In this document: positions 19,423 through 29,919 of the stretch, one piece after another | Numbering within the stretch: position 1 is the stretch's first letter | Layout of the letters: the number at the start of each line of letters is the position of its first letter | From: Candidatus Aenigmatarchaeota archaeon | GTDB taxonomy: Archaea > Aenigmatarchaeota > Aenigmatarchaeia > CG10238-14 | Length of the DNA stretch: 64,000 nucleotides | Assembly: GCA_018304545.1 (NCBI GenBank) | Contig: JAGVVZ010000003.1 | Location: forward strand, 32,987 to 96,986 | Direction of reading: 5' to 3' | Made by a program: the position numbers and the translations under genes | Notes under the pieces: generated by a model | The model's input: only the letters and a program-made list of their open reading frames with translations | Told to the model about the DNA's origin: nothing | The model's database searches: none

Positions 19423-21471
19423 ATGAAAAGAGACTTGATGACTATTTCTTGCATACTTTTTATTAGCTTGATTTCTGTCGGCGTTGTATTTGCACAAAAC
19501 TATAACCAATCTATTGCTGATTTGGACAGTGCATGCGGTGATTTTGATTGTGAAGAATTGGAAATAACTTCTTCCGGCATAACTCCGGACAACATTTTTT
19601 ATTTTTTAGATGAATTATTTGACGGTTTTGGCAATTCTATTAATGTAAAAGAAGAAAAAATTGCTGAAATCAAGACCATGATTGAGAAGGAGGATTATGA
19701 GTCGGCAAGAAAAGCACTTAAATTATATTCAAAATATGCGGAGTCTGTCGAGAATGAAGCCGACCCGGAGGAAAAAGAAGCGACACAGAGAAGCGCAGAA
19801 ACGATAAAAAAGGCATTGAGAGAATTGAAAAATGAAATTTCTGAAGAAAATAAAGAAGATTTTTATTATGATATTGTAGACAAAGAAAACAATATCCTGA
19901 CTGCTGTTGAGATTTCTGACAAGATTAAGGAACTTTGCAAACAATTGGCCGAGTTGGATCCCGTCCAGTATGGAAAGCTGTGTGTTGCCGAAGACGACTC
20001 TCCAAGATGGCAGAAAAGATTGGACAGGGAATTGACAGAAGAAGATAAAAAGGAAGTTTTGGAATTTGGAGAAATCATGTCCGAATGTTTTGAAACATCA
20101 GGGCAGACATGTAGGTGCGATGACATTCCATTCCCAGATTTTGCCAACGTCTGTAAAAAAGCGGCTCCTTTAGCTGTCGAATGCAGAGTCTATCAAGACC
20201 AGACAGCATGCAATAAACTGGATGAGTTAGAACTCCCTGAACTTCCCGAACATTTGCAGGATGTTATGGATGAGTTGGAAGGAGTAACAGAATCTAAGTT
20301 TGATATTCATATGCCAAAGGAGTGTATTGCAGCAAGAGCAACGACAGGAAAAGAATGCAATAAGATAATGATAAGAGAGAATGCCCCGGAGGAATGCAAG
20401 AAAGCCTTGCTGGAGTCTGGCTGTGGTAGTGAAAGAGAATGCCAGGAGATTTGCGATGGGATTATGATGGAAATCCATTCTCCTGAGTGTGTTGAGCAAG
20501 GAATAAAAGATCCCAATGATTGCCAGGATTATTTATTTAATATTAATCGCAGGCCAGAAGAATGTATAAAAAATAAGATTCATGATGCAAGAGATTGCAA
20601 GGATTTTCTTGAAAGTACGGGAAAATATATTGGAAAGGGATTAAAGGAAAGTTTAAAATCTGAAATAAAAATTGATTTTGATTGCAAATCAATAGTGGAT
20701 CCGACAAAAAGATTGGAATGTTATGATAATGCGGCAAACCAGGCTGAAGCATACAAGGGATTTGATGACCCAGGTTACAACGGACCTTGCATGACTGAAG
20801 AAGATTGGAAAAGGAAAAAAGAGGAATGCCATGCATTATACGGTCCGCAAGCAGGCGATGAGCCGATAAGAGGAGACTCTGGACAAGGATACGAGTGCGT
20901 TATTGATGCTAAGTGTATTGATTTTTCATATAAGGACGATTATGACGCCCCTGAAGAATGCATACAAGTGGGTGCTCTTTCAAAAGAAGCTTGCAAACAG
21001 TATATGGACGACATTTCAAAATCAGGAGTAAAGTGCGATGATTGTGTTAGCAAATGTCCCGATGAATCTGGAAAGAGATTGAGAGGAACGGGTTGCAGCG
21101 AAAATGGTTGCGAATGTTATTATGAAGACATTCCGCATGAAGAAAGTATTGATTCAACCTCAGGGGAAATAAGTTCAGGGGGAAGTACTGAAAGTACAAG
21201 TAATGAAGAAGTAAGCACTGGTGAAAGTGGGACTGGTGAGGCAGGTAGCGGAGAAGTGGACAATAGTATGGTCAGTGAAAGTGAATCAACTGAAAGTTCA
21301 AGTAGTGAGGTAGGGAGCAGTAGTTCAGAATCCAGTAGTGGTGTAACCAGTGAAGAGCCTGCAGTAAGCAGTGATTCTAGCGGGAGTAGCGGTGGAGAGA
21401 CTAGTGGAGGATTGGCAATAACAGGAGAAGTAATTAGAAGTAGGTTTCTAGATTATTGGTTTAGTAGATAA
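19423..21471 (+). CDS. Secreted Cys-rich acidic protein with DUF5667-like N-terminus and Ser/Glu/Gly tail
   Basis: Signal peptide, GITPDNIFYFLD, repeated PEEC..C modules, low-complexity tail, ITGEVI near the C-terminus. Confidence 0.7.
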   Translation: MKRDLMTISCILFISLISVGVVFAQNYNQSIADLDSACGDFDCEELEITSSGITPDNIFYFLDELFDGFGNSINVKEEKIAEIKTMIEKEDYESARKALKLYSKYAESVENEADPEEKEATQRSAETIKKALRELKNEISEENKEDFYYDIVDKENNILTAVEISDKIKELCKQLAELDPVQYGKLCVAEDDSPRWQKRLDRELTEEDKKEVLEFGEIMSECFETSGQTCRCDDIPFPDFANVCKKAAPLAVECRVYQDQTACNKLDELELPELPEHLQDVMDELEGVTESKFDIHMPKECIAARATTGKECNKIMIRENAPEECKKALLESGCGSERECQEICDGIMMEIHSPECVEQGIKDPNDCQDYLFNINRRPEECIKNKIHDARDCKDFLESTGKYIGKGLKESLKSEIKIDFDCKSIVDPTKRLECYDNAANQAEAYKGFDDPGYNGPCMTEEDWKRKKEECHALYGPQAGDEPIRGDSGQGYECVIDAKCIDFSYKDDYDAPEECIQVGALSKEACKQYMDDISKSGVKCDDCVSKCPDESGKRLRGTGCSENGCECYYEDIPHEESIDSTSGEISSGGSTESTSNEEVSTGESGTGEAGSGEVDNSMVSESESTESSSSEVGSSSSESSSGVTSEEPAVSSDSSGSSGGETSGGLAITGEVIRSRFLDYWFSR

Positions 21472-21600
21472 GCAGTACGAATAGAATTATTTTTCATCAA
21501 GTTGAAGATTAGCATTTCTTACACAAAGCTTCCCTCATCAGAAAGGTCATATATAGTACTTTGGTTAAAAATTTAAGATTTGAAATTCATCTGTCTGCCC

Positions 21601-21966
21601 ATGGATAACGGTGTTTATCTTTTAGGAGCAGCATTAAATGCCCTCATCCCAGCAGGAACTGCTTATGGACTCACAGTAAATAAGCCTGGTTGCTTAGCAA
21701 AAATATATTCTGTGTTTCCTGTAGGGATTTATAGCGTTACCATTGCGAAAACGTTATATAATAATTGGCAAGAATTCATGCAAGCGGATCCTTATGTTTT
21801 GATATTTACCTTAGCAAACATGGGAATAAACTTTGTGGGAGGAGCTCTACTTTTTTCTAGAGAAGAGAATCCTGCTGAAATAGACAGAATTTTTGCTTTC
21901 ATAAACGGCGTGTGGATAGTAGTTTCTACTGGAGTAATACTGGCCGAATATCTTGGATATCTGTAA
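21601..21966 (+). CDS. Hypothetical 4-TM membrane protein
   Basis: Hydrophobic ORF; start placed at MDNG. Confidence 0.55.
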   Translation: MDNGVYLLGAALNALIPAGTAYGLTVNKPGCLAKIYSVFPVGIYSVTIAKTLYNNWQEFMQADPYVLIFTLANMGINFVGGALLFSREENPAEIDRIFAFINGVWIVVSTGVILAEYLGYL

Positions 21967-22129
21967 TTTATTTACCTACAGGAAAATATCTTATTAAAAA
22001 ACAGAAAATCATTTCTCTTCTCAGATTATATTATTTATACCATGATGAAAAGTTTTGTATCATTTGGTAGTGATAACTATTTAAGATTAACCTTGCAAAA
22101 TACACTTAACTAAAACATAGGAGATATCA

Positions 22130-23221
22130 ATGGCTATAAGACCACTTTTAAAAAATAATGGCGGAAGATTAAGAAAAGTTGATGAAGAACTCAAAGAATT
22201 TCTAGAATCAAAGAAAAGCAAGATAAAAGTCATTGGTTGCGGTGGAGCTGGCAATAATACGATAACTAGGATGAATTATGAAGGCATAGAGGGCGCAGAA
22301 ACGATTGCAGTGAATACCGATGCACAAGATCTCTTGTACTCTCAAGCAGATAAAAAGGTTTTGATCGGTAGAGATCTAACAAAAGGTTTGGGTGCAGGCG
22401 GCGATCCAAATATTGGAATGGAATCTGCCAAAGAGACGAGAGAAGAGTTGAAAACAACTATACAAAATGCTGATATGGTCTTTGTTACATGCGGATTAGG
22501 TGGCGGAACCGGAACAGGCTCTGCACCTGTCGTAGCAGGTATTGCAAAGCAATTAGGCATATTGACAGTTGGTGTCGTTACTTTGCCGTTCAGCATGGAA
22601 GGTAAACAAAGAATGGAAAATGCATTGACAGGACTGGCAAGAATGAGACAATCTGTAGATACGCTATTGATCATACCAAACGACAAGCTTTTGGAAGTTG
22701 TTCCAGATATTTCAATCAACACGGCATTCAAGATGGTTGACGACATATTGGTCAATTCAGTCAGGGGTATTGTAGAGTTGATCACTAAAGCAGGTTTGGT
22801 CAATCTGGATTTTGCTGATGTTAAAGCAGTAATGGGTAACGGCGGAATGGCTATGATCGGTGTTGGTGAAAGCAACGTCAATGGAAGAGCATTAGAATCT
22901 GTTATGAAAGCATTAAACGATCCTTTCTTAGCAGTGGATATCGAAGGCGCTAGAGGAGCTCTGATTAATGTCAGCGGTGGAGCAGACATGTCCTTAAACG
23001 AGGCTAAAGAGATTGTTGAAGTCGTCTCAAGCAAACTCTCTGACAACGCACAGATAATCTGGGGTGCCAGAGTGGAAGAAAACTTGAAGGATACGATAAA
23101 AACAATGGTTGTCGTAACAGGAGTGAAGGAAAAGGAGTTTTACAAAGGAGTTTTCACTAACGGAACCACAGATAAAAAGACTCTAGAAAAAGTTCTTGGC
23201 ATTGATTTTATTAAAAACTAA
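22130..23221 (+). CDS. ftsZ: Cell division protein FtsZ
   Basis: GCGGAGNN, NTDAQDL, GLGAGG, tubulin signature GGGTGTG, NLDFADV; GGAG RBS. Confidence 0.97.
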   Translation: MAIRPLLKNNGGRLRKVDEELKEFLESKKSKIKVIGCGGAGNNTITRMNYEGIEGAETIAVNTDAQDLLYSQADKKVLIGRDLTKGLGAGGDPNIGMESAKETREELKTTIQNADMVFVTCGLGGGTGTGSAPVVAGIAKQLGILTVGVVTLPFSMEGKQRMENALTGLARMRQSVDTLLIIPNDKLLEVVPDISINTAFKMVDDILVNSVRGIVELITKAGLVNLDFADVKAVMGNGGMAMIGVGESNVNGRALESVMKALNDPFLAVDIEGARGALINVSGGADMSLNEAKEIVEVVSSKLSDNAQIIWGARVEENLKDTIKTMVVVTGVKEKEFYKGVFTNGTTDKKTLEKVLGIDFIKN

Positions 23222-23282
23222 TTTTCTTTTTATTAATTTTTGTGAAATACTTGTATAACTTATAAAATAGATTTGTGATTGC

Positions 23283-23630
23283 ATGGGAAATTTTGTTGAG
23301 GATTTAAAAGAAGTGCTCGATGAGATGGGATATGAGTTATTGTTAGAGTATACACATGAAGGAAAACCTCATTATTTAACCTCAATTCCGGATAGTGTTG
23401 ATTATGGCACAGTATATGAAGTGTTAGTGCCCACTCTTACTGATCTGGGATACAATGTTTCAAGTTATCCGACACAACTATACACTGTAGCAGGAATTCT
23501 AACTCTGCCTTTCATAAAAGAAGAGGTAATAGATAAATATCCTGGATATGGGTTTAGTCTTGCATCCAAACTCTTTACAGTTAAATATAAAGGTGAAACA
23601 GAAAACAAAGAACAACAAGATCCAGCTTAA
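23283..23630 (+). CDS. Hypothetical protein (orphan)
   Basis: 115-aa ORF, ttataa box upstream. Confidence 0.5.
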   Translation: MGNFVEDLKEVLDEMGYELLLEYTHEGKPHYLTSIPDSVDYGTVYEVLVPTLTDLGYNVSSYPTQLYTVAGILTLPFIKEEVIDKYPGYGFSLASKLFTVKYKGETENKEQQDPA

Positions 23631-23659
23631 GTATTCCTAGTTACGATAACTCATAAAAA

Positions 23660-24238
23660 TTATTTGCGGTATTTTATTTTCGCTATAATTATCAACACGA
23701 TCATGAGACCTATAATGATCTGGAAAACAACGTTCTTCATAAATATTTTGCCTATGTTGAATGAATGTATCACGATCAGAACTAAGACAACATAAATCAG
23801 ATAGTGCAGTCTCTTCCAGTTTTTTCCTAAAATTCTGACTGATTTATCATTGGAGGTCGCAGACATCACGGCTAAAATAAGAAAAGATATTGTTCCAAGA
23901 CCAAAAAACAGCCTGTTCGGATTCTGGATGATTTTATTTATATCCCAATTGAACAAGAAATTGAAAACAAGAAATACATGGATTAAAGCAAAAACAAACG
24001 TATAAATTCCGATCCATCTTCTGCTGACAAGCAAACTCACTGTGAAATTATTTTTCTTGAGTTTCACTAATACGGGTATGGATAATACAAACATGATTGA
24101 CAGAAGAGCCAAAAATCCAAAACTGCTGACGTAAATCAATATCAGTTGTTTGGATGAACTCGATACAAATCTTCCTATGAGCAGAATTAATAATATAATA
24201 GATATTCCGGCTAGGTGAATCTTCAGAATGTTTTTCAT
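23660..24238 (-). CDS. Ferric-reductase-like transmembrane protein (MsrQ/YedZ family)
   Basis: RRWIGIYTFVFALIH, ATSND...LGKNWKRLHYLIY...IH heme-ligand pattern. Confidence 0.85.
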   Translation of the reverse strand: MKNILKIHLAGISIILLILLIGRFVSSSSKQLILIYVSSFGFLALLSIMFVLSIPVLVKLKKNNFTVSLLVSRRWIGIYTFVFALIHVFLVFNFLFNWDINKIIQNPNRLFFGLGTISFLILAVMSATSNDKSVRILGKNWKRLHYLIYVVLVLIVIHSFNIGKIFMKNVVFQIIIGLMIVLIIIAKIKYRK

Positions 24239-24326
24239 TTAATTATTTTTAGAATTTCGTTTTAATATGTTCTTGTATTTACACACTTTTTATGTTACAT
24301 CGGATATAATAACCGTCATTAACTGT

Positions 24327-24476
24327 TTACTTTGAATACTTCTTTACTCTTTGATAATATTCTACGCCCGTTTCTTCTCTTATTTGAAAATTAATACTAG
24401 ATCCTCCTAGTGTTTCATAAAATATTATAAACCCGTGAGACAAACCAATTCTAGCAATTTCTTCTGGAGTTAGCAA
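24327..24476 (-). pseudogene. Remnant resembling the C-terminal half of the upstream 85-aa orphan
   Basis: LLTPEEIARIGLSHGFIIFYETLGG... aligns by eye with LTKNEADEVGFSYQSALFYETKIG; preceded in frame by TAA. Confidence 0.4.
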
Positions 24477-24520
24477 TTAATGCTCTTCCGATAAGTTCTT
24501 TCTTACAATTAAAAAGAAAA

Positions 24521-24778
24521 TTAACCGATAACTCTTCTTCTATAAATTGATTGGTCTAGAGTGAATTCAACACAGGTACCAACGCCTATTTTTGTTTCAT
24601 AAAACAACGCACTTTGATAACTAAAGCCAACTTCATCGGCTTCATTTTTTGTTAATCCTTTGGTTGCCCAAGCAGAGCCAGGTCTTTCAGCTGTATATTG
24701 TCCCAATAATTTTCCCAGTTTTTCACCTCTCAAAGTTGCATATTCCTGATCATTTGCTATTCTACCAAAATCAATCAT
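24521..24778 (-). CDS. Small hypothetical protein
   Basis: 85 aa, AGGTGA RBS upstream. Confidence 0.55.
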   Translation of the reverse strand: MIDFGRIANDQEYATLRGEKLGKLLGQYTAERPGSAWATKGLTKNEADEVGFSYQSALFYETKIGVGTCVEFTLDQSIYRRRVIG

Positions 24779-24966
24779 ATTTATTTCACCTATTACTACT
24801 ATATAGAAACAAAAACTATTTAAGCTTGTTGATAGTGGATAATGAAATGTTAAGTTCCGAAAGTAACAAATTTATTGAATCGAACTAAAAGTTCCTATTA
24901 TGTAACAGAATCCGTTTTAGAAAGATTTAAGAAGCTTTCTTTCTATTAAAATAGAAAAGTGATAAT

Positions 24967-25284
24967 ATGCCTGACGTGTTAATAGATCCCCAAATGAGAG
25001 CTTATATAGCATTAACGGCTCCTGGAATTTTGGGTGTGGGTGGTCATACAATAACAGAACCGCAAAGCTACAGCGTTGTCGAAAAGGGGTTAGGAAGTGT
25101 TAGTGTATATATATGCAAAGTAGTATCGAGCTCTGGAAAAATTGCCTATGCTGTCGAAGGTTCTATTCCAGGGTATCCGGTAATCAGGGGTTTGTATGTT
25201 GTAGATGATCCAACAGAAGCAGTAACAAAAAATATAGCTGAAATAATGAACGCTAGACCTATACAAGACGATAAAATTTTATAG
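24967..25284 (+). CDS. Hypothetical protein (orphan)
   Basis: 105 aa, GTGAT RBS-like motif upstream. Confidence 0.5.
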   Translation: MPDVLIDPQMRAYIALTAPGILGVGGHTITEPQSYSVVEKGLGSVSVYICKVVSSSGKIAYAVEGSIPGYPVIRGLYVVDDPTEAVTKNIAEIMNARPIQDDKIL

Positions 25285-25286
25285 AT

Positions 25287-27545
25287 TCAATATTTCCATC
25301 CTCTGCCCCAAACATATCCTTTCTTTCCTAGTATTGGGTGAGGATAAAATTTCCAAACTAATAAAATCAAAGCAGCCATTGCAACTGCTAAACCTAAGAC
25401 AATAGGACTGGTTATGACTTGAACAAACCTGCCTGTGGGCTGAGACCTTTCTTCAACTGTAGTAATTGTTTCTGTAGGCTCAATAGGTGGCTCAACTGTC
25501 TTCGCGACTGTAGGTGTAGTGGTTGGCATAGCTTCACCTGTTACTTGCAATTTAAATTCATGAGGTATTGTGACAGTGCCATAGTTGGATACTGCAGCTC
25601 CTTTCAATATCAGTGAGTAAGTATAAATTTTGCTACCTGTTGGCATGTTGAATGTCAATTCAAAATTCTTCGTCTCGCCTTTTTTGACTTCATCGAACTT
25701 GTCCGGCTGTAATGTATACCATCTCGTATCCAATCCTTCTCCTCTTAAAAATAATTTCAAATCCCTCAGATCGTAGTTGTAGTTATTGACAAATGATCCG
25801 GATAATTTTAAAGAATTGCCTGTAGTAATCTCAACTTTCGGAGATATCCCGTTTATTGTTGCATTACCTGACGGCACGAATCTCGAACCTCCGCTCCCGC
25901 CTCCACCGCCACCGGATGAAGAAACTGGAAACGGCACGAATACATCTGTTGTCGCATTGTTATTCTGTTCGTTGCTCTCAATAATTTTATTTGTCGAATC
26001 TGCTGCTGCTTTTAATCTGTGATTGCCGCTAGCAAGATTTGTTACATTGAATGTGATGGATGTCGTCTTATTAGGAGGCAGTGTAATCGTTTTATTCAAG
26101 CCCAATATATCATTGTGATAAAATGACACGACAAAATTACTTGCGTTGTATTGACCGCTGTTGACAATTGATACATTGTACGCAACATCTCCACCTATTC
26201 CAGGAGATTCTGGCAATACAGCAACGGATTCTATCAATAGATCAGATAAATCATAAAATATTCCATCAAAAACTTTCTCGTATCCGCTACTGTTATCTAC
26301 ATTAATCAATGATTCAAAATCACCATCATTATCAGTATCTCCTTGAGCTACATCTGTTATCAGTTCATTATCAGGATCCCAATATTTGTCATAAACATCA
26401 TTTCTTTTTATATCTATCAAGAAATCTGTCATTCCATCTTTATCCCCGTCCATCACTAATGCTCTCGTATTGCTGTTAGGATCTTCATACAATTCATAAC
26501 CGTCTGTCACTATTCCATTTTTGTTTGTCGCTGTTTCATTATTGCCATCACTATCTACATCCAATTCAACAGATTCGCCAGGAAGTATATCGCATTTGTC
26601 TCCTCTCCCATTCTTATTTCTGTCTGACTGGTCAACGTTAGAAACAAAAGGACAATTATCAGCATCGTTCTTTATCCCGTCCTTATCACTGTCATCTATG
26701 CATCCATCATTATTTGCGTCATAATTTCTGGAATTTTCATTAGGACATGCATCGCATAAATCACCTAAAAAATCATTATCTGAATTCAGTTGATCTGCAT
26801 TAGATGCGTTAGCACAGTTATCATTATAATCCAAAACACCATCCGCATCCAAATCACTTGAAACCCATTTGACTGATTCTTTGAACATTATCTCTGCCTG
26901 CTCTGTCCAATATATGGAATAACTCACACCGAAGAAGACGATTCTGGCCTTAGGTGTCACGCCATATAATTCCTGGCCTGCTTCTGCTATTGCTATTATA
27001 GCATAATTTCCGTTATCATCAGAACTTGCTATTACGTTCATCTGCGTATTTACTGATCTTATGTTTATGACCGGACCATCGCCAGCTACGTGGACGAACG
27101 GCCTGTCTCCCAAAGAATAATCTTTCAATATTGACACTGAGTTGTTTTGAATTACTATCTTCTGTCTTCCGAATGATGATGTAGTGCCTGCTGATAATGC
27201 TCTAGTCCATCCCCACTCATCCAAAAACTTGCCGTCGATAACAACTGACGGGAAACTGTTCACAGGTATATTGACAATGGAATCGTCCAGTTCCTTTGAT
27301 GCGCCGACATTAGTTGGTCTTCCGGCAACAACAATAACGTCATAATCTGGATATGCAATTGGTACGTCTCTATCTATTATGGTGACATCATAACCCATAC
27401 CGTTCAATAATGACAAAACTTTCTTTTCATATAATTCAGATAAATCTGTCGCGTTCTTTACAACCAGAATTGCTGATTTTGCTTCAACTGCTGCCAATAC
27501 TAATAAGAAACTTATGAAGACGCTTATGAATGTTTTCCCATTCAA
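25287..27545 (-). CDS. Surface protein: alpha/beta N-domain, thrombospondin type-3 Ca-binding repeats, CARDB, Ig-like domain, PTG motif and TM
   Basis: Signal peptide; DxDxDG..D..DNC repeats; DSTNKIIESNEQNN (CARDB); C-terminal TM. Confidence 0.85.
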   Translation of the reverse strand: MNGKTFISVFISFLLVLAAVEAKSAILVVKNATDLSELYEKKVLSLLNGMGYDVTIIDRDVPIAYPDYDVIVVAGRPTNVGASKELDDSIVNIPVNSFPSVVIDGKFLDEWGWTRALSAGTTSSFGRQKIVIQNNSVSILKDYSLGDRPFVHVAGDGPVINIRSVNTQMNVIASSDDNGNYAIIAIAEAGQELYGVTPKARIVFFGVSYSIYWTEQAEIMFKESVKWVSSDLDADGVLDYNDNCANASNADQLNSDNDFLGDLCDACPNENSRNYDANNDGCIDDSDKDGIKNDADNCPFVSNVDQSDRNKNGRGDKCDILPGESVELDVDSDGNNETATNKNGIVTDGYELYEDPNSNTRALVMDGDKDGMTDFLIDIKRNDVYDKYWDPDNELITDVAQGDTDNDGDFESLINVDNSSGYEKVFDGIFYDLSDLLIESVAVLPESPGIGGDVAYNVSIVNSGQYNASNFVVSFYHNDILGLNKTITLPPNKTTSITFNVTNLASGNHRLKAAADSTNKIIESNEQNNNATTDVFVPFPVSSSGGGGGGSGGSRFVPSGNATINGISPKVEITTGNSLKLSGSFVNNYNYDLRDLKLFLRGEGLDTRWYTLQPDKFDEVKKGETKNFELTFNMPTGSKIYTYSLILKGAAVSNYGTVTIPHEFKLQVTGEAMPTTTPTVAKTVEPPIEPTETITTVEERSQPTGRFVQVITSPIVLGLAVAMAALILLVWKFYPHPILGKKGYVWGRGWKY

Positions 27546-28090
27546 TTTGATTCACTTTTCTTTGGTTTTTTAAATAAATGTTTTTTTGGTTTTTTAGACA
27601 AGAAGATCAGTGCGGCCAGTAATGCCAATAATACCAATACCAAGCCTATCATTTGATAGTTAGACAAAGGCCATTTTTTTTCTACATACTCTTCTCCTGC
27701 TGCAACCACAATGATTTGCGCTTCTAAAACAACTGGAACGTGATTTTCTGCTGAGTATGTCGCAAGAATTACTCCCTGATATCTTCCCGGCTTCAGAACT
27801 TTTCCGGTGAAATTGGCAAACGTACTCTGGTTTGGCTCGATAAGCAATTGAGGCGTACCTATATTGATAACGTTCTTCAAATTCTCATCCGGTGCTAACG
27901 TAACGTTCAATGTGATGTTATTCTTGTTTTTAATTTCAAAGAATCCTTTAGTCATGCCGGGAGAGTCCTTTGTGACGTTGGCGTATAAGATCATTTTAGG
28001 GGGCCTTAAATGGTAGTATAAGGCTGATGCTTCTCCAACTAAAATTATCGTTAATGCCAAAAATACGAATAAAGCTAATTGTTTTTTCAT
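27542..28090 (-). CDS. Small secreted Ig-like protein with C-terminal TM
   Basis: Signal peptide MKKQLALF..., beta-rich domain, TM plus basic tail; overlaps the start of the next gene. Confidence 0.7.
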   Translation of the reverse strand: MKKQLALFVFLALTIILVGEASALYYHLRPPKMILYANVTKDSPGMTKGFFEIKNKNNITLNVTLAPDENLKNVINIGTPQLLIEPNQSTFANFTGKVLKPGRYQGVILATYSAENHVPVVLEAQIIVVAAGEEYVEKKWPLSNYQMIGLVLVLLALLAALIFLSKKPKKHLFKKPKKSESN

Positions 28091-28115
28091 AGAGTTTCGC
28101 ACCTTAACTTATAGA

Positions 28116-28132
28116 CTACTATTAAGAAGTAA
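28116..28132. promoter_or_regulatory. Candidate palindromic operator (imperfect)
   Basis: ctaCTAttaagAAGtaa between TATA (atttaaat about 28136) and start 28090; second copy ttcCTAtttgaTAGagt at 28213-28229. Confidence 0.35.
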
Positions 28133-28230
28133 AAGATTTAAATCTAAGGCATAGAAATTCTTATTTTCGCTAAAAGAGAGAGAAAATTCCTTTCTAGATA
28201 AAATAAAGATTTTTCCTATTTGATAGAGTA

Positions 28231-28572
28231 TTATATTATTGTTTGTCCTATCCTATACTGATCTAAATATTGCCGTATTTTTTGAGGATCAATCTCCTTA
28301 CTCTCAAAATATTTTATTACAACTGCTATAAGCCATGCATGCATGCATGCACCTATTTCAGGCGATTTTTCCTGAACTTTCAAATCCATTCCTCTGTAAT
28401 CGATTCTTGTTTCTACACGACACCTTTCTACATATTTTTCGTCTCTAGATAAATCATAACCCACAGATATTCTAACTGGTAATGTATAATCTTTCTGATC
28501 ATAAGAAAAACCATAATTTAAATTTAAATTGACTACGCGCTGGAAATCTAATATGAGCTGGAAATCTGACAT
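28231..28572 (-). CDS. Hypothetical protein (orphan)
   Basis: ORF 28231-28644; likely start MSDFQ at 28572 with TATA-like box about 25 bp upstream. Confidence 0.45.
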   Translation of the reverse strand: MSDFQLILDFQRVVNLNLNYGFSYDQKDYTLPVRISVGYDLSRDEKYVERCRVETRIDYRGMDLKVQEKSPEIGACMHAWLIAVVIKYFESKEIDPQKIRQYLDQYRIGQTII

Positions 28573-28686
28573 AAGAAGGAGAAGAATCACTAATAATTTA
28601 TATCTATCGGATAGGAACTTCCAGTAGAATATCGACACGAACATGTACAGAATAATTATAAATTCTTTTTATTGAAACCAAATTAA

Positions 28687-29886
28687 ATGAACTTGCGATT
28701 GCCCGTTTATGATGTAGGAAAAGGAAATATTCTTTTTGCTTTAGCATTCATTGATGCAGAAAACAGAATGAGACGGTTAGGCCAAACATTTCCTTGGGAA
28801 AAATCTGAAATTTTCAGTTTGCCTTCAAAATCCGCGGCAGAGTTTCATAAGAGAATATCAGTCGATCCTGCAGCAGCAAGAGTATATTCGAACGGTGTTG
28901 CTTATAATCTTCTCAGAACAGTCGGCAGAAGACTTATCACTGATGAAGATACAAAACGATTTTGTGAAGAAGCCGCTGAAACGGGAGACGGCGTATTTGC
29001 ATTTCAAAACATGGTTCTAGAGTATATGATGAAAGTTAGAAAAGGCAATAAAGTCGGTGTCTACTCACCCGATTCTATTCACAAACCTGGAATTCCACAA
29101 GATATTGATTTTGCTGTTTTAAGAGATGAAAGGTATGTAGATGATTTTTCGAAAGATTTTCCTGATTTATCTAGAAACCATATATTGGCATCGCCTCTGA
29201 TCCCAGAGCTCATTGCAAGAGGAAGAGAAGAACATTATGCCAGAAGGAAAGAGTCTAGAAGAAGAGGAGATAAACTCCATATCGTATTGAATCCATCTAG
29301 AAGTGGTGTACCTTATTACGGCCATCCACTCATGCTCTCACTGACAACCTTATTGGGAGAAGGCCATTCACTGACTGTTATTGGTTCAGAACCCAAATCG
29401 GATGAAACGATGATTCTATGCGCAGAAGCATATTGTGAGAAACATGGATTAAGGGATGATATTGTTGACGGAGTTTATACCAGACCTGAAGAGGGACGAG
29501 TTAGATATGTCAAAAACTATGATGTGATGAAATTAATACATGAAGCTACGAAAGCCATATGTGATGCCGATCTAGTAGTATGTCCATCAAATGAAGCGGC
29601 AGTTATATTAAAAATGGGCTTCTGTCCGGGCGTAATTTATAGATCAGATAGAGGAATACATGAGATAAGAAATAGAGAAGAGGCTGAGGGAGATGGGACT
29701 GTTTATGTTTTAAAAGGTGATAATGAGAGACAATATCTGACTTGCGCCGATCAGATAAGAGGTGTTGAAAGACAACTAGATGCTATGATGGAACGATGCC
29801 ACACTTATGCCGGACCGTATGAGGGAAATGAAAAGGTTGTACAATTTGTGGCACGGATGATCCTGCTATATGACAGAAACCTTTAA
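28687..29886 (+). CDS. Hypothetical protein, possibly degenerate GT-B fold
   Basis: 399 aa; N-terminal DVGKGN loop and ADLVVCPSNEAAV are weakly reminiscent of GT-B enzymes. Confidence 0.5.
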   Translation: MNLRLPVYDVGKGNILFALAFIDAENRMRRLGQTFPWEKSEIFSLPSKSAAEFHKRISVDPAAARVYSNGVAYNLLRTVGRRLITDEDTKRFCEEAAETGDGVFAFQNMVLEYMMKVRKGNKVGVYSPDSIHKPGIPQDIDFAVLRDERYVDDFSKDFPDLSRNHILASPLIPELIARGREEHYARRKESRRRGDKLHIVLNPSRSGVPYYGHPLMLSLTTLLGEGHSLTVIGSEPKSDETMILCAEAYCEKHGLRDDIVDGVYTRPEEGRVRYVKNYDVMKLIHEATKAICDADLVVCPSNEAAVILKMGFCPGVIYRSDRGIHEIRNREEAEGDGTVYVLKGDNERQYLTCADQIRGVERQLDAMMERCHTYAGPYEGNEKVVQFVARMILLYDRNL

Positions 29887-29919
29887 AAATAATATTTAAC
29901 TATTAATAAGTGATAAAAA

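Noticed and set aside
22088-22095. ttaacctt upstream of ftsZ resembling the array repeat
   Set aside because: Only 8 bp match, with no spacer, right arm or matching upstream A-tract.
22342-23046. 234-aa antisense ORF (and similar shadows such as 10042-10530, 56147-56884, 31579-31974)
   Set aside because: Each lies opposite a well-supported gene. Composition mirrors antisense codon bias or low-complexity linkers.
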